A stretch of 17,989 bases of DNA, from positions 64,001 to 81,989 of IMG/VR virus record IMGVR_UViG_3300027513_000011. One strand, written 5' to 3'. Shown here in pieces: positions 1-7,037 of this stretch. The notes beneath the pieces were generated by a model, which was given only the letters and a program-made list of their open reading frames with translations, had not been told where the DNA came from and did no database searches. Source of the DNA: a virus. Taxonomy: Duplodnaviria; Heunggongvirae; Uroviricota; Caudoviricetes. A program made the translations under genes and the position numbers. The stretch's first letter is position 1, and the number at the start of each line of letters is the position of its first letter.

Positions 1-2
1 CT

Positions 3-626
3 GACGGTGTAGACGGCACTGTTGAGATAGTCAAGATAACGGCCCACTCTTCTTCCTCGACCTCCATAACAGTGACGCGAGGCCACGGCGGAACCACCCC
101 TCGGAGCCACGCGGCCGACACGAAGGTTGTGGCGGGGCTGGTCAAGGCTGTCTTTGACGAGATCGAAGATGAGCTCACCGTCTTGCGAGCTGACGTTGAT
201 ACGGTTTTTCCATCATATGGTCAAGGTGTCATGCTCGGCAAGTCCGCAACACAGTCTATCACTGGCGGCAATACGGCATTTATCACCTGGACTTCGGAAG
301 CCTATGACCCTGACGGCTGGCACGCCACCGACTCCAGCCTAATTACACTTCCCTTCACCGGGTTCTATATGGTGAAATTGGCTATCGACCTTGATTCTGG
401 TGGGGTGGACTCCTATCGTTTTCGCAGGAACTCAGCAACTCCTGGCGCTGGGGGTAGTGCCTCAATCCTTAATGTCCCATCTGTCGAGTTTTCTCAAGGC
501 ACTTCCAATCTCTATCTCTTTACCACAGGTGATGAGTTCCGTGTCGAGGCATGGGACACGAATGACGGAACCGCCACTGTAATCGGCGTGGGGTCCACTC
601 TCCATATCGTATATCTGGGTGGGTAA
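3..626 (+). CDS. Putative tail fibre / minor virion protein, 5'-partial, with C1q/TNF-like C-terminal beta-sandwich
   Basis: The frame of track ORF 72..626 is open back to base 3 (DGVDGTVEIVKITAHSSSSTSITVTRGHGGTTPRSHAADTKVVAG). The EIVxIT...TVTRGxxGTTxxxH motif is typical of phage virion proteins. The C-terminus WTSEAYDPDGWH...ITLPFTGFYMV...LHIVYLG resembles C1q-like tail-fibre tips. Confidence 0.65.
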   Translation, partial: DGVDGTVEIVKITAHSSSSTSITVTRGHGGTTPRSHAADTKVVAGLVKAVFDEIEDELTVLRADVDTVFPSYGQGVMLGKSATQSITGGNTAFITWTSEAYDPDGWHATDSSLITLPFTGFYMVKLAIDLDSGGVDSYRFRRNSATPGAGGSASILNVPSVEFSQGTSNLYLFTTGDEFRVEAWDTNDGTATVIGVGSTLHIVYLGG

Positions 627-1537
627 TGACCTGGGACGGGCTCGCCTCTGAGGCGCTAGGAGTTGAGCCCCTAGCCGGCGACCCTCTCGCCGTAGACGCC
701 ACATTCGGGTTCGCGTCTGAGGCAGATAGCGCCCGACCCTTCTTCGCGGACTCGGTGCTGCTTGAAACCTATGGCCTGGCATCTGAGACAGACACCGCTA
801 TGTCCTTCAGCGCCGACTCAGTGGTGCTTGACGAGTATCTGCTTGCCTCGGAAACCGACAGCGCCATGTCGTTCCTCGCTGTCGTCCAAAAGATGGTCAC
901 GTTCGGGCTGGCTAGTGAGTCCGACAGCTCCATGCCGTTCACCGCCGCCACTCCACACACGGCGACGTTCGGGTTCAGCGATGAGACAGATGAAGCAATG
1001 CCGTTTGCGGCAGGCACAGGATCAGCGAGCCTATATCAGTTCGCTTCCGAGGCTGATGAGGCTATGTCCTTCAGCGCCGATACCGAAGTCCTCAGCTTCT
1101 ACGGGTTCAGCGGTGAGACAGATGAAGCCATGTCGTTCACCGCCGATACCGACCTCCTCGACCTCTACGACTTGGCTGACGAAACAGATGCCGCGATGCC
1201 GTTCAGCGCCGGCATCGAAGTGATAGATCTCTTTACTTTCGCGGACGAGACAGACAGCGCGATGCCGTTTGGCACGAGCCTGGAAGTGCTCAACCTGTAC
1301 ACCTTCGCGGAAGAGACAGACGAAGCCATGCCGTTCCTTGCCGGCACGGTGATCTCGGACGACCACGGGTTCGCTGGGGAAACTGATACCGCCATGCCCT
1401 TCACTGCCGTAGCCCTGTCGATACCGGGGGAAGGGGGGAGCTCGCAGTCCTGTCGCCACCGTAGCGAGTTCTCCCGCTTCAACTACTGCCGGTGCTGCAA
1501 CTGTGATGTCGTGGAGTCTGGGTCTACCTCAAGCTGA
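626..1537 (+). CDS. Acidic 303-aa protein with 11 tandem 22-aa repeats and a Cys-rich C-terminus; probable virion/tail-associated protein
   Basis: TAATG overlap with the upstream gene (TAA 624-626, ATG 626-628). Repeat consensus [FY]x[FL]AxE[TA]DxAM[PS]Fxxxxxxxxx. Location at the end of the tail operon. Confidence 0.8.
   Translation: MTWDGLASEALGVEPLAGDPLAVDATFGFASEADSARPFFADSVLLETYGLASETDTAMSFSADSVVLDEYLLASETDSAMSFLAVVQKMVTFGLASESDSSMPFTAATPHTATFGFSDETDEAMPFAAGTGSASLYQFASEADEAMSFSADTEVLSFYGFSGETDEAMSFTADTDLLDLYDLADETDAAMPFSAGIEVIDLFTFADETDSAMPFGTSLEVLNLYTFAEETDEAMPFLAGTVISDDHGFAGETDTAMPFTAVALSIPGEGGSSQSCRHRSEFSRFNYCRCCNCDVVESGSTSS
704..1429 (+). repeat. Intragenic tandem repeat, 11 x 66 bp (22 aa), degenerate
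   Basis: Units run from FGFASEADSARPFFADSVLLET to HGFAGETDTAMPFTAVALSIPG, each exactly 22 aa. The exact 20-mer GCTATGTCCTTCAGCGCCGA occurs at 797 and 1061, a spacing of 264 = 4 x 66. Confidence 0.95.
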
Positions 1538-2074
1538 CGGCGGGGCCGGGTCTAGCTTGTTCACATTGAGATCTAGGTGAAGGTTCTCAGTGGTCAGCAT
1601 GTGCTCATCAGCCGCCTCGATGGCATCCATCAGGAGCAGGCGTGCCGCCCCTGGATTCTCGGTAGCTATGCGCGCGGAGTGCAACGTAATCATGGACAGG
1701 AAGCTGTTGGCGTAGATGATCTGGGCCGGCGTGTACATGAGCACGTTGGGCTCCTCGTTCTCCGTCGTGCCCTCGCCCTCCATGACCTGGCTGAAGGCGT
1801 AGTGCAGGGTTTCAAGGACAAGCATCCTGCCCTTGGTGATAACGTCCTCGTTCTCCATGTCAAAGACGGTGAGGGTGTTGAGCATCCTCTGAACCTTCTC
1901 CAACTGGAGTCGGTATGCCTCGACGGCGTTGGCGGCAGTGTCGAGGCTCGCCGCCATGCCCTCGGCCATCTTCTCGCTGGTGTACTCGGACCCATCGGCA
2001 AAGCCCTCGGCGTACCTGTCGAGGGCGACCTGACTCACCTGCTTAGCGATGGCTTCAACAAGGTCAGTTGACAT
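1529..2074 (-). CDS. Hypothetical acidic, helical protein (181 aa)
   Basis: Track ORF 1529..2161. Start moved to MSTDLVEA (ATG 2074), downstream of AGGAGG (2095-2090); the longer start would lie upstream of the 2116-2153 hairpin. The 3' end overlaps the convergent repeat gene by 9 bp. Confidence 0.75.
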   Translation of the reverse strand: MSTDLVEAIAKQVSQVALDRYAEGFADGSEYTSEKMAEGMAASLDTAANAVEAYRLQLEKVQRMLNTLTVFDMENEDVITKGRMLVLETLHYAFSQVMEGEGTTENEEPNVLMYTPAQIIYANSFLSMITLHSARIATENPGAARLLLMDAIEAADEHMLTTENLHLDLNVNKLDPAPPSA

Positions 2075-2115
2075 GTCAGTTATGGCGTTCCTCCTGGACA
2101 CCGCGCTCACCATAG

Positions 2116-2153
2116 CAGAGAGCCGCACCCCCTTCGCTAGGTGCGGCTCTCTG
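2116..2153. terminator. 14-bp perfect hairpin, probable intrinsic terminator or processing site without U-tract
   Basis: CAGAGAGCCGCACC (2116-2129) / GGTGCGGCTCTCTG (2140-2153), 10-nt loop, intergenic just downstream of the 280-aa gene. Confidence 0.65.
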
Positions 2154-2183
2154 GTCCCCAACGGCTAGGTCAGGGGGCTTGGG

Positions 2184-3026
2184 TTAGGAGGCTGACAATG
2201 CCTCGGTCATCACGGCCTGGGCGTCCTGAAGCACCGCTGCGAGCAGGTTGGCATCGCCAAAGCCCTTGTTGTCCATCACGGCCTGCTGGAATGCGTTGGC
2301 ATCCCCATTGGCCTGCTCCGCAAGCGACTGCAACGTGGCGTCACTGTCAGCAGCAGAGGTTGACGGGGTGCTCGTAGCGACACTATCGGAACCCGCCACA
2401 CCCACCGGCCAGGCACGGAGCTTCGGCTTGTTGTTGTTGATGCTGACCTCGACCGCATCCCATGTCAGGGTCAGGCCCTCGAACATGGACGGGCTGTACC
2501 AGCGCTCCGGGTCATCGACCACTGCGTTGATGGCCCCGACAACCGAGGGGTTGAACGGTGCGATCGCCTTGCACAAGGCAAGAAGGGTGGACTGTGCGCT
2601 GACAAGGCGCGGACCCTTGGCGTTGAAGAACCGGAACTGCGATCCATCGTCCGACACTTCGACGCTCTTGGTGTCACCGATGGGTACGGTCACCGGGAAG
2701 CGCGGGTTCGGAAGCGACGGGTCATCGACCAGCATCGGGAGAACAACCTGCATCTGCGGGTGGATCTCGTATCCGAGAGGCAGGTCGAGCTCGCCGTCAA
2801 CGTAGGCCCTGGCCTCGGCACGGTCCTCCACCTGCTTGCCCAGATCGTTGTATACGTTGCTGAAGAGCTCGTGAGCCTGAACCTCGGCTCCGGTGATCGT
2901 CGTGGTCCGTGGCCCGTCGTAGGGCCAGTCGATGGGACGGTTCGGCTGAGCTGCATCCTTACGGAAGCCAAGTTCGTCCAGCTCGGGCTCGAAGGGGTTG
3001 GTGGTACCGCCAATGGGGTCGGCCAT
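2184..3026 (-). CDS. Hypothetical 280-aa protein, possibly single-stranded DNA-binding / recombination protein
   Basis: Start MADPIGG (ATG 3026) follows GAAAGG. It has its own promoter and a downstream hairpin, a beta-rich core, an S/T/A linker and an acidic C-terminal helical tail. The SSB call is inference from architecture and position near the helicase. Confidence 0.5.
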   Translation of the reverse strand: MADPIGGTTNPFEPELDELGFRKDAAQPNRPIDWPYDGPRTTTITGAEVQAHELFSNVYNDLGKQVEDRAEARAYVDGELDLPLGYEIHPQMQVVLPMLVDDPSLPNPRFPVTVPIGDTKSVEVSDDGSQFRFFNAKGPRLVSAQSTLLALCKAIAPFNPSVVGAINAVVDDPERWYSPSMFEGLTLTWDAVEVSINNNKPKLRAWPVGVAGSDSVATSTPSTSAADSDATLQSLAEQANGDANAFQQAVMDNKGFGDANLLAAVLQDAQAVMTEALSAS

Positions 3027-3076
3027 GTAACTGCCTTTCGTTGGTCGGCAGGACACTTGCCTGCCTACGGGAGTTC

Positions 3077-3106
3077 ATTGTACGCGCGGAGGACCGCTGT
3101 TGTCAA
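3077..3106 (-). promoter_or_regulatory. sigmaA/sigma70-type promoter TTGACA-N18-TACAAT
   Basis: Minus strand TTGACA (3106-3101), acagcggtcctccgcgcg, TACAAT (3082-3077), in the gap upstream of the 280-aa gene. Confidence 0.8.
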
Positions 3107-3351
3107 GTGGATTCAGGGGGTTCGGCGCAGATGTGGCCTTGGTGCAGTTGCCCTTCATAGCGTGCGCGCACCCCTTCTGGCGACCCACCGGGACGAGCGA
3201 ACAGAGTCCCCCTGGTGGACGTGTGGTTGATGAGGTATTCGCCGTCCTCGTGGGGCTCGGGATCGAACGGCCACTCCAGGTCGGTCACTACGCTGCGGAC
3301 ATGATGCGCCAGGATCACCGGGGTGCCACACAGCGGACAGAGTACCGTCAC
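3103..3351 (-). CDS. Small putative Zn-binding phage protein (82 aa)
   Basis: CPLCG...WPFDPEP.EDG...HIC pattern; GTGA overlap with the upstream gene. Confidence 0.75.
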   Translation of the reverse strand: MTVLCPLCGTPVILAHHVRSVVTDLEWPFDPEPHEDGEYLINHTSTRGTLFARPGGSPEGVRARYEGQLHQGHICAEPPEST

Positions 3352-3361
3352 TGACGGTACT
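3341..3361. repeat. Perfect 21-bp palindrome (10-bp arms, 1-nt centre)
   Basis: AGTACCGTCA-C-TGACGGTACT, centred on the GTG/TGA junction of two genes. Confidence 0.85.
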
Positions 3362-3533
3362 TGGCCCGTACAGGAGTGATCCCGGCGAGGGTGGCGATGC
3401 GCGCGCCGAGTACAGCGTACCTGGCCTCCACTCCGTTGCCCGCCAAGCCGGCGATGGCCCCGAGTTGCTTCACCACAGCGGCCTGGGCGGCGCGGAGCTG
3501 GTCGAGGGTCATGGTGTGGATGGTGTCTGTCAT
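3348..3533 (-). CDS. Hypothetical protein (61 aa)
   Basis: Start MTDTIHTM (ATG 3533) is ATGA-coupled to the upstream stop; the stop overlaps the next GTG. Confidence 0.7.
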   Translation of the reverse strand: MTDTIHTMTLDQLRAAQAAVVKQLGAIAGLAGNGVEARYAVLGARIATLAGITPVRAKYRQ

Positions 3534-3802
3534 GCCTCGGTCAGTCCCACCAGGAAGTAGCAGTTGTGGCGATGCTTCAGGTTCGTGGAGACGCTGACGT
3601 ACGTGTACTTCCACCAGTGATACGGACCTTCACCGTCGAGGAACACCTGCCCGTAGTAGGCGCGGGAGAGGTACAGGTAGGGGTAGATGAACGCGAAGGT
3701 GCAGCCGGGCGAGTGGGCTTCAGCGGGAGCCGGGGCTAGGACAAGGGGCAGGAACGCCGCCAGGAGCAGGATGACTAGGACTAGGGCGATTGGTCGGTTC
3801 AT
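3530..3802 (-). CDS. Small secreted protein (90 aa) with Sec signal peptide
   Basis: MNRPIALVLVILLLAAFLPLVLAPAPAEA|H: basic N-region, hydrophobic core, A-E-A cleavage site. The start at 3802 is ATGA-coupled to the upstream micro-ORF. Confidence 0.75.
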   Translation of the reverse strand: MNRPIALVLVILLLAAFLPLVLAPAPAEAHSPGCTFAFIYPYLYLSRAYYGQVFLDGEGPYHWWKYTYVSVSTNLKHRHNCYFLVGLTEA

Positions 3803-3912
3803 TCCCATACGAATACCGCGAAAAGGATGAGGTACACGAAAATGGTCGGACCTAGCCAACTAAGCCAATGGTCCGTAAACTCCGACCAAAACGCCTGCCA
3901 CTTGTGTCGCAT
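3799..3912 (-). CDS. Single-pass membrane micro-protein (37 aa), not in ORF track
   Basis: MRHKWQAFWSEFTDHWLSWLGPTIFVYLILFAVFVWE*. It fills the gap exactly, with a TGATG overlap upstream and an ATGA overlap downstream. Confidence 0.75.
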   Translation of the reverse strand: MRHKWQAFWSEFTDHWLSWLGPTIFVYLILFAVFVWE

Positions 3913-4112
3913 CAGTTGGCTCCCATCTCTAGCTGGCCTGTCGCTTCGAGCAGGTGGTACCTAGCGTCGAGCAGTAGATTGGCTGCCTGCACGAAGTCAG
4001 CACGCGCTGTCTGATCTGGTTCACTCGTCCACAACTTGCTTATCTCCATAATCAGGCCATCTACCTTCTCCGTGAGGGACAAGCCCTGTTCTGTCGGTCC
4101 TCGAACCATCAT
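3912..4112 (-). CDS. Hypothetical helical protein (66 aa)
   Basis: GGAG RBS; ATGA overlap with the upstream gene. Confidence 0.7.
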   Translation of the reverse strand: MMVRGPTEQGLSLTEKVDGLIMEISKLWTSEPDQTARADFVQAANLLLDARYHLLEATGQLEMGAN

Positions 4113-4366
4113 TCTTCTCCATATCTGTCGGGTACCTTGTGTCCGCGGATGATTCTAACGTGCTCGTCGGGCAGCCCCGGTCCCGCATACGCCGGGTAGG
4201 CGTCACAGTCTGGGTGCTGCCAGCCGAGGTCGAGGTAGGCGTAGTTGGTGGGTGCCCCACACACCCAACACGGACCTGGGCCACCATTGGGCAGCCAGAA
4301 GTCCTTTTCGGCGGGAGCTACTGCGTCTGGGATCGGCACGTCAACCCCTTCTCTCGCCAGCATCAT
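4109..4366 (-). CDS. Small putative Zn-binding protein (85 aa)
   Basis: CWVC...HPDC motif; coupled to the downstream gene. Confidence 0.7.
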   Translation of the reverse strand: MMLAREGVDVPIPDAVAPAEKDFWLPNGGPGPCWVCGAPTNYAYLDLGWQHPDCDAYPAYAGPGLPDEHVRIIRGHKVPDRYGEE

Positions 4367-4391
4367 AGCGAAACCTTGACGCGTATTACGT

Positions 4392-4721
4392 TCACGATGC
4401 CTGCCTCGCCCTGTCCCGCCGCATCAGAGCTCGCTGCCTCGGAGTCCAGCCGGCGACGAGGCCAACCGGATCGTTCTTGGAGGTCACGTCGTTTAAGATC
4501 CAGTCCTCGCACTCCTGCTGCACCGGACACGAGGCGCAGATAGCCTTCATCTTCGGGCCGTACACCTTCCCGAGATCCCTAAACCACATCGAAGGGTCGG
4601 TGCCTAGACATGCTGCATCGTTCCGCCACTCCTGTTTTCCGACGATGAAGTCAAAGTCGGGGATGGTGGGGTTAGGTCGGATAGACCCAGACTCCCGCGT
4701 GATATGACTTCTAACTGCCAT
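4392..4721 (-). CDS. whiB: WhiB-family Fe-S transcription regulator
   Basis: WRNDAAC(38)...DPSMWF...KAIC(62)ASC(65)PVQQEC(71)...GLVAGWTPRQR, giving the C-x23-C-x2-C-x5-C WhiB signature with a basic C-terminus. Confidence 0.92.
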   Translation of the reverse strand: MAVRSHITRESGSIRPNPTIPDFDFIVGKQEWRNDAACLGTDPSMWFRDLGKVYGPKMKAICASCPVQQECEDWILNDVTSKNDPVGLVAGWTPRQRALMRRDRARQAS

Positions 4722-6471
4722 TGATGAACTCAGGCTTCAGTGGTCGGCCAAACTTAACACTGTTGAGGAAGCTCTGGGGCAAGTACTTCTTACCCTCACC
4801 CCGTAGGAACTTGTTAGCCGAGGCGTCCAAGATGTACACGATCACGGTGTCATCCTCGGCGCGCATCCCTCGACCCACCATCTGCACGATGGATCTCGCC
4901 GTGGTTAGGTCATACCAGGACTGGCCCATGTACCCGCTCCGTGTCCTGGCTGCGATCACCGGGTCACCGAAGTCGGGAAACGGGGTCTTGGCAAGGATGA
5001 CCACCCGGCACTCGTCGTAGCGGAAGTCGTAGCCCCGCTCCATGCCGGCGCTGATGAGCACCGAGCCTTCAGTTTCGCGAAAGGCGGTCAGCCTCTCGTC
5101 CCTGACCACGACACCGCCACCCTCGAACGGGATCACACGCGGGTTGTCAAGCGCCTCGGCTATGTCCTTGGTGCGCTGATGCGAGAAGGTGTGAATAAGT
5201 ATGCGGTCGTTTGGATACCAGTCGAGGATGGTGCGGATCTTGCTCACCGCATCGCGCACCGCATCGTATCCCTCTCGCTCATTCTTCTTGGTGTACGCCT
5301 TGGCGCCGGGCCAGAAGCGCACCGGCTTGCGCTCAGGGGGAAAGGTGTAGTCAACATGGACGGTGGCGTACTCCTCGGGGGCCAGCCCGAGATGCTTGGC
5401 GGCGAGGTCGATGTTGCCGAAGCTGGCAGACATGAGCACCCACTGTTCGGAGTGGTTCCACACGAAGCCGTGAACCCACTCCCCTACCCACACCGGACGT
5501 AAGGTGGCCCGCTCGTAGCCCTTGCGGGAGTGTTGTGACGGGCCTTGGTACACCCAGGGGCTCTCGTCATTGGCGGCGATATTCACGTTGACGCGTAGTG
5601 TTTCCAGGGAGCTGAGCCGACGCCTCCACTTGCGGACCCCCTGCTCGGCAACGAACTGTGCCCGTCCCCGCTCATGATCGCCGACCCTATCCTTCAGGTA
5701 CATGTCGAGCTCGGTAAGCCACTCCTGAATGTCCTCGTAGTTGGATGAAGTGCGCGGGAGGGGGAAGAACCTCTCATGTCGCAACCACTGGGGCACCGTG
5801 ATGGCAAAGGTGTCTGTGATGCGGTCAAAGAACTCGTCGGCCTCGTCCACGATCACCAGATCCTTGTTAGACAGCCGGCCCCTTCCCATGTTGGCCTCGC
5901 GGAGAAAGAAGCTGGTGTTCGTGACACACAGGGGGGCGTTGTAGGCGTCATCACGAGCCAGGACGTAGGGGCAGAGGGCGGTCACGGTGCAGTTGTCGCA
6001 GCGGGAGGCAGTGGTGGTGCCGTCCTTGGAGGTACGCGTCAAGGCCCTGAGTCCGTGCTCGGCGGCATCGTCAGCCAGCCAGTCCGGGGCATCGTCATCC
6101 AGATCAATCTCCACTGTGTCCGGGTCACAGTCCTCGCAGGTGAGCGACGGGAACATGTCGTGGTAGTGCCTGGTCGGGTAGTTGGACCGGCCTTTCAAGA
6201 TCTTCGCGTAAGGGAAGTCGCCTTGGATCTGCTGCTGGAGGGAGATGGTGGTGCAGAGGTACGGGGTGGACTGATGTGGGTACCCCATCGAGCGGACAGT
6301 CTCGGCTAGGAGAGACTTGCCGGATCCTGTCTCGGCGTGGACAAACACCACCTTGACCCCACGTTCGAGAGCTTCGACCACGCGCAGCGCACCATCCCAC
6401 TGCCAAGGCCGGTAGGTGGGGAACTTGTCGGCAGGGATGGCACCGTTGATGTCTTGGGGGACGGGGATCAT
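4711..6471 (-). CDS. dinG: DinG/Rad3/XPD-family SF2 ATP-dependent helicase (586 aa)
   Basis: Q motif RPWQ; Walker A AETGSGKS; KGRSNY; CPY..AR..A...VTN; motif II VDEAD; LMSAS; GMERGYDF; AKTPFPD; motif VI QMVGRGMRAEDD. Confidence 0.9.
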   Translation of the reverse strand: MIPVPQDINGAIPADKFPTYRPWQWDGALRVVEALERGVKVVFVHAETGSGKSLLAETVRSMGYPHQSTPYLCTTISLQQQIQGDFPYAKILKGRSNYPTRHYHDMFPSLTCEDCDPDTVEIDLDDDAPDWLADDAAEHGLRALTRTSKDGTTTASRCDNCTVTALCPYVLARDDAYNAPLCVTNTSFFLREANMGRGRLSNKDLVIVDEADEFFDRITDTFAITVPQWLRHERFFPLPRTSSNYEDIQEWLTELDMYLKDRVGDHERGRAQFVAEQGVRKWRRRLSSLETLRVNVNIAANDESPWVYQGPSQHSRKGYERATLRPVWVGEWVHGFVWNHSEQWVLMSASFGNIDLAAKHLGLAPEEYATVHVDYTFPPERKPVRFWPGAKAYTKKNEREGYDAVRDAVSKIRTILDWYPNDRILIHTFSHQRTKDIAEALDNPRVIPFEGGGVVVRDERLTAFRETEGSVLISAGMERGYDFRYDECRVVILAKTPFPDFGDPVIAARTRSGYMGQSWYDLTTARSIVQMVGRGMRAEDDTVIVYILDASANKFLRGEGKKYLPQSFLNSVKFGRPLKPEFINGS

Positions 6472-6687
6472 CTAGCTAGCGGTTCCGTCGAAACGCTCGA
6501 CCAACAACCGCGCCCCGGGTTCAAACCACCACATCGCGTCACCTTCGAGGATGACAGCGGTGCGGTTGCCGTTCCAGTACGCCGAAGGAGGGCCGAAACC
6601 GGTCACGGCGAGACGTTCCTGGGCGTACTTGCCATACACGAGAAGGTCCCCAACGCGTAGGGTGTTGGCAGTGACCTGAACTAGCAT
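6472..6687 (-). CDS. Hypothetical small beta-rich protein (71 aa)
   Basis: Start MLVQVTANTLRVGD (ATG 6687) has a TGATG overlap with the upstream stop; its TAG abuts the helicase ATG. Confidence 0.65.
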   Translation of the reverse strand: MLVQVTANTLRVGDLLVYGKYAQERLAVTGFGPPSAYWNGNRTAVILEGDAMWWFEPGARLLVERFDGTAS

Positions 6688-7037
6688 CAGGGGATGGGGA
6701 GTGTCGTCTTGGGGTGCGGCGCGAAATCCCGCTTCTGCCCCATGTAGTAGTCCCGGATGTCCCGCCCACAGTCGTCGCATTCGGAGTCGTCGGCGGCGAC
6801 ATGGCCTTGGCCTCCGGTGAGCACCTTGCAGAACGGGCACTCCATACACAGCGGCAACCCCATCTGGGCGAACTCGGGATCCTCGCAGATGTAGCAGCCC
6901 TCCCGAAAGACGACTGGCGTGCTGGTGAAGTCGTCCATCAGCAGCGCATAGGCCGGGTCAGTGGGTTGGGTCACGGTAATCGGGATGCCTGACGGCACCG
7001 AGGGAACGTACTCAACAGTCCATCGCTTCGCAGTCAT
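6687..7037 (-). CDS. Cys-rich putative Zn-binding protein (116 aa)
   Basis: CYIC...LPLCMECPFC...HVAADDSECDDC; GGAGG RBS. Confidence 0.8.
   Translation of the reverse strand: MTAKRWTVEYVPSVPSGIPITVTQPTDPAYALLMDDFTSTPVVFREGCYICEDPEFAQMGLPLCMECPFCKVLTGGQGHVAADDSECDDCGRDIRDYYMGQKRDFAPHPKTTLPIP

Noticed and set aside
704-1429. 66-bp repeats as a CRISPR array or DGR template/variable repeat
   Set aside because: Units are contiguous, degenerate and in frame with no unique spacers. Differences between the closest copies are not confined to adenines, and no reverse transcriptase or cas gene is present.
4711-6471. DinG as CasDinG of a type IV CRISPR system
   Set aside because: No csf/cas genes or array in the window; the neighbours are WhiB and phage mini-genes.
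6472-6687. LRVGDLL motif and the helicase's acidic insertion as intein/Hint elements
   Set aside because: No N-terminal Cys/Ser nucleophile context and no C-terminal His-Asn; the segments are far too short.
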